Under the pieces are notes generated by a model. That model searched no databases and was not told the DNA's origin. It saw only the letters and a program-made list of their open reading frames with translations. The position numbers were made by a program, and so were the translations under genes. Below are positions 46,379 through 55,143 of a DNA stretch of 64,000 nt, in pieces. Origin of the DNA: a candidate division WS1 bacterium. Lineage in GTDB: Bacteria; Armatimonadota; Zipacnadia; Zipacnadales; UBA5352. How positions within the stretch are numbered: the stretch's first letter is position 1; every line of letters starts with the position of its first letter. The stretch is from the NCBI GenBank assembly GCA_012522765.1, contig JAAYJW010000331.1, positions 2,331 to 66,330 on the forward strand, in the 5' to 3' direction.

Positions 46379-48271
46379 ATGCGCGCTGTCGCGGCCATCT
46401 CCCCCGCTCCCCTGATTGCCGGCACACTCTCCACGTGGCATTACGAGATCGTCCTGCGCGGCGCGCCGGTGGAGACGGGCGGGTGCGTGAAGATCGCCTA
46501 CGACCTGCGCGGAGAGTCCGGCTACGACGCATTCCCACAGGCCAGCGACGCCACAGCCGCCAACTACGCCACCTGCGAGGGGCCTGAGGGTGTCACGCTG
46601 CGCCTGGAGGGCTATCGCTCGCATCACGCGCAGCATGGGGCAACCACGCTGGAGGAGAAGATCGAGAGCGAGTCCTACTTCTGGCGCGACCTGCTGGGGA
46701 TGTACTCCTCACTGAACCTGCACATCCTGCGGATCGAGGTTGCCGAGGGGCGGCTGGAGGCGGGCGACGTGCTCCGGGTGACGCTGGGCGGCACCTCCGG
46801 CGGTTCGCCGGGGATGCAGGTGCCGGGGCAGGCGAAGAGCGACTGGCGGCACTGGGTCTGTGTGGAGCGCAGCGAAGCAGCACCGCTTGAGCTTCTCGGC
46901 GGCGATGTGCTGGTGGTGGAGCCGAGTGAGCCTGAGCGGCTGGTGGTGTTGGCGCCGTCGGTGGTCGCACCGGATGAGGAGATACCGGTGGCGCACGTGG
47001 TGCTCGACGCCCACGGCAATCCGATCCGGCGCGTGCGGGCGCAGTTCCCTCCCGCACAGAACGATCCCACCGCCGCTGAGTTCGCTGAGGGCTCCTACAT
47101 CATAGACCGCGTGCGGCTTGAGGATGAGCGCGTGGGGCTGGAGGGGCAATCGAACCCGATCGGAATCGTTGAGGAGCCGCAATACCGGCTCTACTGGGGC
47201 GAGATCCACGGTCATACCTGTATCTCCGACGGCGGACAGCGCACTCCCGAGCAGTTCTACCACCACGGCCGCGACACAGCGCTGCTGGACTTCTGCGCCA
47301 TCGCCGACCACGACTTCGGTATCGGCCTGTATGACCCGGAGAAGTACTGGGCGATCATCCTTGAGGCAGCGCGTGACTTCAACGAGTCCGGGCGCTTCGT
47401 TACCCTGCCGGCGTGGGAGATTTCGCACGCCGGTCTGACCGAGGGCGCGACCTACGGCCACAAGAACGTCTACTTCCTCGACGACGATCCCCCGTTCTGG
47501 TCGTCCAGCCCCTACGGCAAGTCGCGGGCGAATCAGACCTACACCCATATCGAGGAGCTTATCGAGCGGCTGGAGGCCTGGGGCGGCGAGTTCATGCTCG
47601 TGGATCACACCTCGCATCAGATGACCGACTGGGCGAGGATCGTCGAGGGCTATACGCGCCTTGTGGAGGTCTACTCGTTCTTCGGCGGCTCGGAGGCGAT
47701 GGACGTTCCCGGGCCAACGGTTGGGCGGCTCAGTGAGGGCAGGACCTCACGCGACGGCCTCGACCTCGGGCACATGCTCGGCTTCACCGCCGGGACCGAC
47801 ACGCACATGGGCGCGCCGGCCGCCTATCAGGAGACGAGCTTCGGACACGGGCGGCTCCCCGGACTCACGGCGGTCTGGGCTACCGAGCTTTCGCGCTACG
47901 CCATCTGGGATGCACTCTGGAACCGCCGCACCTACGCCACGCGAGGCGAGCGCATTCTGCTCGATGCAACGGTGAGCGGAGCGATGATGGGTGACGAGAT
48001 AATGCTGCAGGCCCCGGATGAGCCGCGTCGAATCGATATATCGGTGGCAGGCACCGCGCCGATCGAGACGATCGAGCTTATCCACAACGGCGAGACACTG
48101 CGAAGCTGGACCGGTAAGGGCCGCTGGGACATGGCCCTCGAGTTCGAGCACGAGGGACAGATGGAGGGCCTCGGCTCGACGCCGGGACTGGGGTACTACT
48201 ACACGCGGGTGACCCAGGGAGGCGGCGGCATCGCCTGGTCAAGCCCCACATGGGTCCACTTGCCGCAGTGA
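46379..48271 (+). CDS. DUF3604 family protein (paralogue 3) with 290-aa N-terminal extension
   Basis: YWGEIHGHTCI, SGRFVTLPAWEISH, and C-terminal GYYYTRVTQGGGGIAWSSPTWVHL. AAGGAGG RBS. Confidence 0.75.
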   Translation: MRAVAAISPAPLIAGTLSTWHYEIVLRGAPVETGGCVKIAYDLRGESGYDAFPQASDATAANYATCEGPEGVTLRLEGYRSHHAQHGATTLEEKIESESYFWRDLLGMYSSLNLHILRIEVAEGRLEAGDVLRVTLGGTSGGSPGMQVPGQAKSDWRHWVCVERSEAAPLELLGGDVLVVEPSEPERLVVLAPSVVAPDEEIPVAHVVLDAHGNPIRRVRAQFPPAQNDPTAAEFAEGSYIIDRVRLEDERVGLEGQSNPIGIVEEPQYRLYWGEIHGHTCISDGGQRTPEQFYHHGRDTALLDFCAIADHDFGIGLYDPEKYWAIILEAARDFNESGRFVTLPAWEISHAGLTEGATYGHKNVYFLDDDPPFWSSSPYGKSRANQTYTHIEELIERLEAWGGEFMLVDHTSHQMTDWARIVEGYTRLVEVYSFFGGSEAMDVPGPTVGRLSEGRTSRDGLDLGHMLGFTAGTDTHMGAPAAYQETSFGHGRLPGLTAVWATELSRYAIWDALWNRRTYATRGERILLDATVSGAMMGDEIMLQAPDEPRRIDISVAGTAPIETIELIHNGETLRSWTGKGRWDMALEFEHEGQMEGLGSTPGLGYYYTRVTQGGGGIAWSSPTWVHLPQ

Positions 48272-48298
48272 GGCACCGAGGCGGAGGAGAGAGCGCTC

Positions 48299-49423
48299 AT
48301 GCACGGCTGGCATATCGGCAGGCTCTTCAACATTGCGATTGAGATCAACTTCACGTGGCTGATCATCTTTGGCCTTATACTGTGGAGCGTCACCGCCAAC
48401 ATACTTCCCGGCGCGGCGCCCGATGCCACCCCCACTGAGCTGTGGATCACCGGGCTCATCACCACGCTCCTGTTCTTCGGCTCACTGGTGGTCCATGAGC
48501 TTTCGCACTCGATCATGGCGAACCGCCTCGGCGCGGAGGTCTCGCGCATCACGCTCTTCGTCTTCGGCGGCGTGTCGCAGATGAAGCGCGAGCCCGACAC
48601 CCCGAGCAGCGAGTTTAAGATCGCAATCGTCGGCCCGCTTTCGAGCGTGATCCTCGGCGGGCTCTTCATCGGCCTGTATTTCATTGCGCGGCAGGCCGAA
48701 CTGCCGCGGCTGTGGTACTCCGCGCTGCTATGGGTCGGCCAGATCAACTTCGCTCTGGCGATCTTCAATATGCTGCCGGGCTTCCCGCTTGACGGCGGCC
48801 GCGTACTGCGCTCGATCCTCTGGAACGCATGGGACAGCCTCGACCGCGCGACACGCGTAGCGTCGAATATGGGCCGCTTCTTCGGCTACGGGATGATCGG
48901 CCTCGGCTTCTTCGCCATGCTTTTCGGCGGCATCGGCGGCCTGTGGCTGGTCGCGCTCGGCTGGCTGCTCTCCAGCGCGGCGGGGGCGAGCTATCAGCGC
49001 CTGCAGCTTGAGCGGGCGCTGGGGGATGTGTACGTGCACGATCTGATGAGCAGCCCCGTGCAGACGATACCCGCGAACGCCACGCTGCAGGAGGCGGCCG
49101 AAGAGTACTTTATGACCGCTCGCTTCAGCGCATTCGGCGTTGATGGCGAAGGCGAGCTTACCGGCATCATCCGGCTCGACGACCTGCAGCAGGTGCCGCG
49201 CGAGCAGTGGGGCATGACGACGGTCAGTCAGGCGATGCAGCAATTCGAGCCGGCGAAGATGACGGTGAACTCGGACGTTGAGGCCGTCGAGGCGATGATG
49301 AAGATGGCCGAGTATGACATGGGGCGGCTGCTGGTCACCGACCATTCGGGCAACATCATCGGGATCATCAGCCAGAGCGACATCCGCCGCCTGCTCCGCG
49401 TCAGAGGCGGGTTGGGCGTGTAG
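48299..49423 (+). CDS. Site-2 protease (M50) family metalloprotease with tandem CBS domains
   Basis: HELSH zinc motif within TM helices. Second-site motif LAIFNMLPGFPLDGGRV. Two C-terminal CBS domains. Confidence 0.85.
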   Translation: MHGWHIGRLFNIAIEINFTWLIIFGLILWSVTANILPGAAPDATPTELWITGLITTLLFFGSLVVHELSHSIMANRLGAEVSRITLFVFGGVSQMKREPDTPSSEFKIAIVGPLSSVILGGLFIGLYFIARQAELPRLWYSALLWVGQINFALAIFNMLPGFPLDGGRVLRSILWNAWDSLDRATRVASNMGRFFGYGMIGLGFFAMLFGGIGGLWLVALGWLLSSAAGASYQRLQLERALGDVYVHDLMSSPVQTIPANATLQEAAEEYFMTARFSAFGVDGEGELTGIIRLDDLQQVPREQWGMTTVSQAMQQFEPAKMTVNSDVEAVEAMMKMAEYDMGRLLVTDHSGNIIGIISQSDIRRLLRVRGGLGV

Positions 49424-49502
49424 CCCGAAAGTCGGAATCATCTGAGCGCACTCCCCGTCACTACCAGCGAACGACACATCATGGTAGCAGAGGAGTGTAT
49501 AG

Positions 49503-50240
49503 ATGAACTTGACGAAGGTGCTGATGGGTATTGCGGTGGCGGGGCTTGTGCTGGGTGGGCTGGTCTGCGGGTTCGCGACGGCTGCTGAGCACCAGTGCGA
49601 CGGACAGTGTCGCCCGGACAGTGCGAACTGGCAGGAGTACCTCGAAGCTAACGATGCCAACGGCGATGGGATGATCTCACTTGAGGAGTTCGCTGCCGAG
49701 GATCATGTCTTCATCCGCATAGACGCGGATGGCGACGGGCTGATCAGCCGCGAGGAAGCCATCGCCGCCGAGGCGACGCGACACCAGCAACAGGGGACGC
49801 GCGGGCAGTTCCAGGCGACAGTGGACCCCGCCGAGCGCTGGCAGCGGATGCTCGATCATGTGGATGCGGACAAGAGCGGGACTGTCTCGCAGGATGAGTT
49901 CTCCGGCCCCGATCACGCCTTCACCCGGCTCGATGCCGACGGCGACGGGCAGTTGACTGAGGCCGAGGTCCTCGCCGCCGCTCCGCGGATGCAGCAGCGG
50001 CAGGATGGCGAGGGCGGCGGACGAGGCGCGCGGCTCGCCCCGGCGGAGCGCTGGCAGCAGATGCTCTCCACGTGGGACGCCGATGAGAGCGGGACCATCT
50101 CCCGCGAGGAGTTCCGCGGCCAGGACCACGCGTTCGATCGCCTCGACGCCGACGCAAACGGCCAGATCACCGAAGAGGAGGCACTCGCGGCGAAGGCTGC
50201 GATGCGGCAGGGCGGACGTGGCGCCGGCAATCGCCGCTGA
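49503..50240 (+). CDS. Secreted/membrane-anchored EF-hand repeat calcium-binding protein
   Basis: Signal/TM segment, then five EF-hand loops (DANGDGMIS, DADGDGLIS, DADKSGTVS, DADGDGQLT, DADESGTIS, DADANGQIT) in an alternating internal repeat. Confidence 0.8.
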   Translation: MNLTKVLMGIAVAGLVLGGLVCGFATAAEHQCDGQCRPDSANWQEYLEANDANGDGMISLEEFAAEDHVFIRIDADGDGLISREEAIAAEATRHQQQGTRGQFQATVDPAERWQRMLDHVDADKSGTVSQDEFSGPDHAFTRLDADGDGQLTEAEVLAAAPRMQQRQDGEGGGRGARLAPAERWQQMLSTWDADESGTISREEFRGQDHAFDRLDADANGQITEEEALAAKAAMRQGGRGAGNRR

Positions 50241-50329
50241 GCGCCAGTCGCGAGACGCAAGTTCCACCAGGGTCGCGGCGGTAGCTCTCGCCGCGGCCCG
50301 TGCTGTACCCGGGCTGAATCGCGGACCGC

Positions 50330-50380
50330 CGTTACCGAACGACATCGCCACTTTGCGCCGCCCCCTGCAAGGGCGCCTCC
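50330..50380. repeat. REP-like element (degenerate copy)
   Basis: aacgacatcgccactttgcgccgccccctgcaagggcgcctcc resembles 50672-50720. Confidence 0.5.
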
Positions 50381-50611
50381 TTCACACACATCTCGCGACG
50401 AGAGGCTTTGCTTCGCGCGGCGCCGTGAAGGGGCCGCACGAAGCCTGAGCGTCGTTTGCGAGGGCTGAGGTCGGCCCTCTACGGTCGTCTCAATGGGTGG
50501 TGGACCGAACAACCGAATGGGCCGACCTCGCGCAGCTTGCTTCGCAACCTGCCCTCGCGCGGCGGTTCCACTGGCAAACGACCGCATTCCGAGATGTGCA
50601 TAAAGACCAGA

Positions 50612-50720
50612 CAAGGGCGCAGGGGCCACAATGACAACAATGGCGGGGCGGGGTACAAGCCCCCGCCCTACAACGACATCGTCACTTTGCGCCACCCCCT
50701 GCAGGGGCGCAGGGGCCGCA
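50612..50720. repeat. Composite REP-like cluster (modules A-B-A)
   Basis: caagggcgcaggggccacaatgacaac, then ggcggggtacaagcccccgccc, then tacaacgacatcgtcactttgcgcc, then accccctgcaggggcgcaggggcc. Confidence 0.6.
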
Positions 50721-50722
50721 AG

Positions 50723-50751
50723 TTGACAGTGTTTTCAGGTATCGCATATAA
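50723..50751 (+). promoter_or_regulatory. Near-consensus sigma70-type promoter (TTGACA-N17-TATAAT)
   Basis: ttgaca gtgttttcaggtatcgca tataat lies about 35 nt upstream of the Gfo/Idh/MocA gene start. Confidence 0.5.
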
Positions 50752-50787
50752 TCCGAACAGTCACCTACGGGGGCGTTCGGTATAGTA

Positions 50788-51858
50788 GTGTCCGGAACGC
50801 GTGAGCGGATTGATGCGGGTGAGGTGCTGATTGTGACCGAGAGCCGCGGCTTTGGTGTCATTGGTACGGGCGTGTGGGGAGAGACACACCTCAAGACGTA
50901 CTCCACGCACCCCGGGGCTGAGCTCGTATGCATCTGCGACCTTGATGAGCAGCTTGTCCGGCAACGCGCCGAGCAGTACGGCGCGCGCTGCTGCTGGACC
51001 ACCGATTACCACGAGTTGCTTGAGCGCGATGACGTCCACGCTGTCTCCGTCGTAACCCCTGACTTCCTCCACCGTGAGATAGCCACCGCCGCTCTTGAGG
51101 CCGGGAAGCACGTTCTGCTCGAGAAGCCGATGGCTACCACTGTCGAAGACTGCGAGGCGATGATCGCCGCCGCGGAGGCCAATGGTGTGACGCTGATGGT
51201 GGACTTCCACAACCGCTGGAACCCGGCGATGTGGGGCATCAAGCAGCGGATCGTCTCGGGAGAGATGGGCACGCCGCAGATGCTCACGGTGCGCCTCAAC
51301 GACACGATCTACGTCCCCACTGAGATGCTCAGTTGGGGCGGCAAGTCCACGGTCATCTGGTTCCTTGGCAGCCACGCCGTGGATCTGGTCCGCTGGCTCT
51401 TTGACGACGAGATCGTCCGCGTCTACTCCGTCTCGCGCTCGCGAGTGCTGGCGGAGCGTGGGGTTGACACCCCGGACTTCTTCCACACCATCTGCGAGCT
51501 TGCGGGCGGTGGAGTGGCGCACATCGAGAACTGCTGGATCATGTCCACGGAGATGCCGACGGTTTTCGACTTCAAGATGGAGGTAGTTGGCTCAGAGGGC
51601 ACCGCTTTTGTTGACGCGAGTTCGCACCGAATGCTCCAGACCTACACCCCCGAGGGACCGAGCTACCCGGATGTGGCCGTTGTTACGGACATCCACGGTC
51701 AGCCCAACGGCTTCGGGGTTCAGAGCATCCGCCATTTCGCCGACTGTGTTATTGAGGGGCGCGAGCCGGTAGTCACGCCCGCTGATGGTTTGCAGAACAC
51801 GCGCGTGCTGGTCGCCATCCACGAGTCGGCCCGCACAGGTGAGCCCGTAGAGGTCTGA
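50788..51858 (+). CDS. Gfo/Idh/MocA family oxidoreductase
   Basis: Rossmann GFGVIGTGVWG and LEKP motif. Start may be the downstream GTG (VTESRG, about 50833), given the promoter position. Confidence 0.82.
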   Translation: MSGTRERIDAGEVLIVTESRGFGVIGTGVWGETHLKTYSTHPGAELVCICDLDEQLVRQRAEQYGARCCWTTDYHELLERDDVHAVSVVTPDFLHREIATAALEAGKHVLLEKPMATTVEDCEAMIAAAEANGVTLMVDFHNRWNPAMWGIKQRIVSGEMGTPQMLTVRLNDTIYVPTEMLSWGGKSTVIWFLGSHAVDLVRWLFDDEIVRVYSVSRSRVLAERGVDTPDFFHTICELAGGGVAHIENCWIMSTEMPTVFDFKMEVVGSEGTAFVDASSHRMLQTYTPEGPSYPDVAVVTDIHGQPNGFGVQSIRHFADCVIEGREPVVTPADGLQNTRVLVAIHESARTGEPVEV

Positions 51859-51960
51859 CACACCGGCCTCTGGTGGAGCGGACAGCCGCGCCGGGCGTGA
51901 TATGCGGCTGCAAATGTATGCCGACAGACGGGACGGAGGGGGAGAAAGGTAGTCGGCTGG

Positions 51961-52767
51961 GTGCCATCGGTCAACGGTCAGCTAAGGACTGCCCTTTGTA
52001 CCATCGCGTTTCGCGAGCGGCTGCTCGAGTACAGCCTCGACATCGCCTGCGAGTCGTCCCTTGACGGAGTGGAGATATGGGGACGCGAGCCGCACATCTC
52101 CGAGGAGTACGATGCCAACCGCGTCGCCGCTGCTCGGAAGATGGTTCACGATCGCGGCCTTGAAGTAGCGGTCTTCGGCTCCTACCTCCGCCCCGGCGCG
52201 GTGGAGACGGAGAGCATGCCATTACGCGACGTCCTGCAGATAGCGGCGGGACTGGAGGCGCCCATCGTTCGCGTCTGGGCCAGCAATGTAGGGTCGGATG
52301 AAGCCGACGACGAAGTCTGGAGCAACACGATCGAGAGATGCCGGGAGGCATCTGTGGCGGCCGAGAGAATGGGTATGAGTCTGGCCGCGGAGATGCACTC
52401 GAACACTCTCGCCGATACGGCCGAAAGTGCGAAGCGGCTGGTGGAGGAGGTTGGCCGGGACAACTTCGGCCTCAACTATCAGCCACTGGCAAGGCTCGAT
52501 GACAATGCGCTGGGGCGTCTGGAAGCTGTTCTGCCGTGGGTGATCCACATGCACGCGCAGAACTACGCTGCTCTCGGCAACGGCGCTGCGAAGCTCGAAC
52601 GCGCGAGTCTGGCCGAGGGCGTCATAGACTACGCGCCGTTGATCGAGCGCCTGCGCCGGCATGGCTATGCCGGCTATGTCGCTGTCGAGTTCAGCCCCTC
52701 AAATGTCGCGGACAAGCGCGCGGCCGTGCTGCGTGACTGCATGTTCCTGCAGAACCTCAAGGGATGA
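51961..52767 (+). CDS. Sugar phosphate isomerase/epimerase (xylose-isomerase-like TIM barrel)
   Basis: AP-endonuclease-2 / TIM pattern (IHMHAQN, GYVAVEF). Start codon uncertain (GTG at 51961). Confidence 0.75.
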   Translation: MPSVNGQLRTALCTIAFRERLLEYSLDIACESSLDGVEIWGREPHISEEYDANRVAAARKMVHDRGLEVAVFGSYLRPGAVETESMPLRDVLQIAAGLEAPIVRVWASNVGSDEADDEVWSNTIERCREASVAAERMGMSLAAEMHSNTLADTAESAKRLVEEVGRDNFGLNYQPLARLDDNALGRLEAVLPWVIHMHAQNYAALGNGAAKLERASLAEGVIDYAPLIERLRRHGYAGYVAVEFSPSNVADKRAAVLRDCMFLQNLKG

Positions 52768-52910
52768 CCGGATTGCGCTGGCTCTGGCTGCCGCTGACAA
52801 TCGTCGGGATAGCAATGCTGCTCTACGGCGTAGAGATCGGCCGCCCGGACGCTGTGAAGCGGCATGCCATGACGCTGTGTACCGCCTGCATCGGCCTGAC
52901 CGTGGAGTGA
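52764..52910 (+). CDS. Unannotated 48-aa single-TM small protein, translationally coupled on both sides
   Basis: ATG 52764 overlaps the upstream TGA (ATGA), and its stop TGA 52908-52910 is 1 nt before the next ATG. Protein MTGLRWLWLPLTIVGIAMLLYGVEIGRPDAVKRHAMTLCTACIGLTVE has one TM helix plus a CTAC motif. Below the ORF-track size cutoff. Confidence 0.5.
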   Translation: MTGLRWLWLPLTIVGIAMLLYGVEIGRPDAVKRHAMTLCTACIGLTVE

Positions 52911-52911
52911 T

Positions 52912-53766
52912 ATGGTCATGGCCGACAGGAGACCTCGCCCGCCGCTCTACCTAAGAATCCGCGGATGGGTGCAGCTTGCGACTGCCCTGGCCGTCAATGC
53001 CCTGTTTCTCTACGACCTGAGACACATCTGCTTTCCGGTGCTCAACTGCTGGGCTTGCCCGGCGGCCTCCTTCGCCTGTCCGATGGGCGCACTGCAGGTG
53101 AGCATCTCCGCCATGCGTGGCGCGCTGCTGCTGCCCTTCTACGTGCTGGGCACGATTCTCGCCGTCAGCGCCATCATCGGCCGCGCGATGTGCGGCTGGC
53201 TATGCCCCTTCGGCTTTCTGCAGGACCTGCTGGCCCGCCTCGGACGCGCCCGGCACCGCATGCCCCGCGCCATGGGTTACCTGAAGTACGCGATCCTCAT
53301 CGTCCTCGGCGTCATCCTGCCCTACCTGACCTTCACGCCATGGTTCTGCGAGTTCTGCCCCCAGGGCGCGCTGCAGGGCGGCATCTTCCAGCCTCTGCTG
53401 TATCCGGAGCTTCGTGACTGGATCGGTAACTGGTGGTATCTGAAGATGGGGATACTGGCCGCCTTCGTGGTGGCCGCCATCTTCGTGCGCCGCCCCTTCT
53501 GCCACTCATTCTGCGCGCTTGGGGCGATCTTCTCGCTCTGCAACCGCTTCAGTCTGCTGCGGATGCACTACAACCGCGACAAGTGTACCGACTGCCTCTG
53601 GTGCGTGCGCGCCTGCCCGGCCGGGATCGACCCTCGCACCGATCTTGAATCGAACGCCTGCATAAGCTGTATGGAGTGCGCGAAATGTCCCTTCGATGCG
53701 ATCCATGTCACGACCGCCTTCTCATGCCCCGGCTGCCGGAAGTCCTCCGAGGGTGAGCCGTGGTGA
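52912..53766 (+). CDS. Membrane polyferredoxin (NapH/MauN/FixG-like 4Fe-4S protein)
   Basis: Repeated CxxCxxGxLQ motifs (CWACPAASFACPMGALQ, CEFCPQGALQ). TM helices. Two C-terminal ferredoxin CxxCxxCxxxCP motifs. Confidence 0.8.
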   Translation: MVMADRRPRPPLYLRIRGWVQLATALAVNALFLYDLRHICFPVLNCWACPAASFACPMGALQVSISAMRGALLLPFYVLGTILAVSAIIGRAMCGWLCPFGFLQDLLARLGRARHRMPRAMGYLKYAILIVLGVILPYLTFTPWFCEFCPQGALQGGIFQPLLYPELRDWIGNWWYLKMGILAAFVVAAIFVRRPFCHSFCALGAIFSLCNRFSLLRMHYNRDKCTDCLWCVRACPAGIDPRTDLESNACISCMECAKCPFDAIHVTTAFSCPGCRKSSEGEPW

Positions 53767-54476
53767 AGCGTAGCGAGTGGGACTCGTTGCACCGCGGCGA
53801 CATCAACCGGCTCACGGTGGAGATCCATCGCCGGGCGTGGAAGGCCCGGCCCGAGGTGCGGCATATCCGGATGGGCGGGCAGGACGCGGTGGTGAAGGAC
53901 TACGGGCGGGAGGCGAACATCTTCAAGCACCTGTTGGGCATCTTCCTCGTCGCGCGGGAGGCTGCCGCCCTGCGCCGGGCTGAGGGCCTGCCCCACATCG
54001 CGCGCGTGCTCGGCAGGCCGCGGCTGTGGATCATCGTCATCGAGTACCTCCCCGGCAAGCCCGTGACTGAGGTTGAACCGGGGGCGCTCGACGTAACGTA
54101 CTTTGACGAGCTGGAGCGGCTGGTGGACAACCTGCATATTCGCGGCGTGGCCCACGGCGACCTTGAGAAGCTCGACAACATCCTCGTCATGGATGATGGG
54201 AGCCCCGCCGTGGTGGATTTCGCCGCCGCGATCATGCCCGGCCTCAACCCGCTGGCGGCTCTGGCGCTGCCGCATGTGTGCGCGAATGACTACCGCGCGA
54301 TTGCCAAGCTGAAGGAGCGCGTTGCGCCGGAACTGCTCAGCGAGAAGGAGCGGCGGCGCCTGCACTACCGCACACCGGCGGAGCTGTGGTTCCGGCGAAT
54401 ACGCACGTATATACGTGACAGAGTGAAGCGAATGGCGGCCGGCGCCACCGAACGCGGCGCATCGCCCGGCAATTGA
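53760..54476 (+). CDS. Atypical protein-kinase-like protein (RIO/Kdo-kinase-like)
   Basis: HGDLEKLDNILVMDDGSPAVVDF resembles the HGDL...N...D catalytic and metal loop of RIO/KdkA-type kinases. GTG start overlaps the preceding gene. Confidence 0.55.
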   Translation: MVKRSEWDSLHRGDINRLTVEIHRRAWKARPEVRHIRMGGQDAVVKDYGREANIFKHLLGIFLVAREAAALRRAEGLPHIARVLGRPRLWIIVIEYLPGKPVTEVEPGALDVTYFDELERLVDNLHIRGVAHGDLEKLDNILVMDDGSPAVVDFAAAIMPGLNPLAALALPHVCANDYRAIAKLKERVAPELLSEKERRRLHYRTPAELWFRRIRTYIRDRVKRMAAGATERGASPGN

Positions 54477-54560
54477 CTCACGTTGCGGGAACCACGGACT
54501 TCACCCGTGGCGTTATTATCAGCGGAGGCCCATGCGGGCCCCGCACTGGGAGCAGCCCGG

Positions 54561-55142
54561 ATGACGCTCAGATTCATCGGCGCAGATCGCGACCAGTCCC
54601 GCCTTCGCAGGGAGTTCGAGCGACTGGTCCGCGAACACGAGCGCGACATCTTCAATGCCGCCCTGCGCATGGCCGGCAACCATGCCGATGCCGAGGACGT
54701 GGCGCAGGAGGCGCTGCTGAAGGCATACGCCGCGTTCGAGCGATTCGAGCTTGGGACGAACTTCCGGGCGTGGATCCTGCGGATCCTTACGAACACTTAC
54801 ATCAACGAGTTCCGCAGGCGGCGGCGAACGCCGGAGATGACAACGTGGGACCTGCTCCCGCGGGAGGAGCTTGGGAAGGTCTCCAGCGACGATGCGCAGG
54901 ATCGCCCGGAGGTGGCTTTGCTGGAGGATGCGCTTGACGCCGAGGTAGAGCAGGCGCTGAGCGAGATCCCGGAGGTGTTCCGCGAAGCAGTGTTGCTTTG
55001 CGACATGCAGGGGCTGGCTTACAACGAGATCGCGGAGGCGCTTGGGGTGCCGATCGGCACCGTCCGCTCTCGGATCGCGCGGGGCAGGGGGCTGTTGCAG
55101 GAGAGGTTGCGCGAATACGCGGAGGCACGAGGTCTAATCTGA
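54561..55142 (+). CDS. ECF-subfamily RNA polymerase sigma-70 factor
   Basis: Region 2 (DAEDVAQEALLKAYAAFERF) and region 4 HTH (GLAYNEIAEALGVPIGTVRSRIARGR). Start MTLRFIG. Confidence 0.88.
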   Translation: MTLRFIGADRDQSRLRREFERLVREHERDIFNAALRMAGNHADAEDVAQEALLKAYAAFERFELGTNFRAWILRILTNTYINEFRRRRRTPEMTTWDLLPREELGKVSSDDAQDRPEVALLEDALDAEVEQALSEIPEVFREAVLLCDMQGLAYNEIAEALGVPIGTVRSRIARGRGLLQERLREYAEARGLI

Positions 55143-55143
55143 C

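Noticed and set aside
50241-50787. The 550-nt non-coding stretch as a CRISPR array or tRNA cluster
   Set aside because: The repeats are palindromic hairpins of different module types at irregular spacing, not equal-length direct repeats with unique spacers. No cas genes. No tRNA T-loop (GTTCGAnTC) or cloverleaf was recognisable.
53760-54476. Annotating this as a canonical Hanks Ser/Thr kinase
   Set aside because: It lacks the Gly-loop/VAIK/HRD arrangement. Only an HGDL...D-F pattern like RIO/Kdo kinases is present, so it is reported as atypical kinase-like with moderate confidence.
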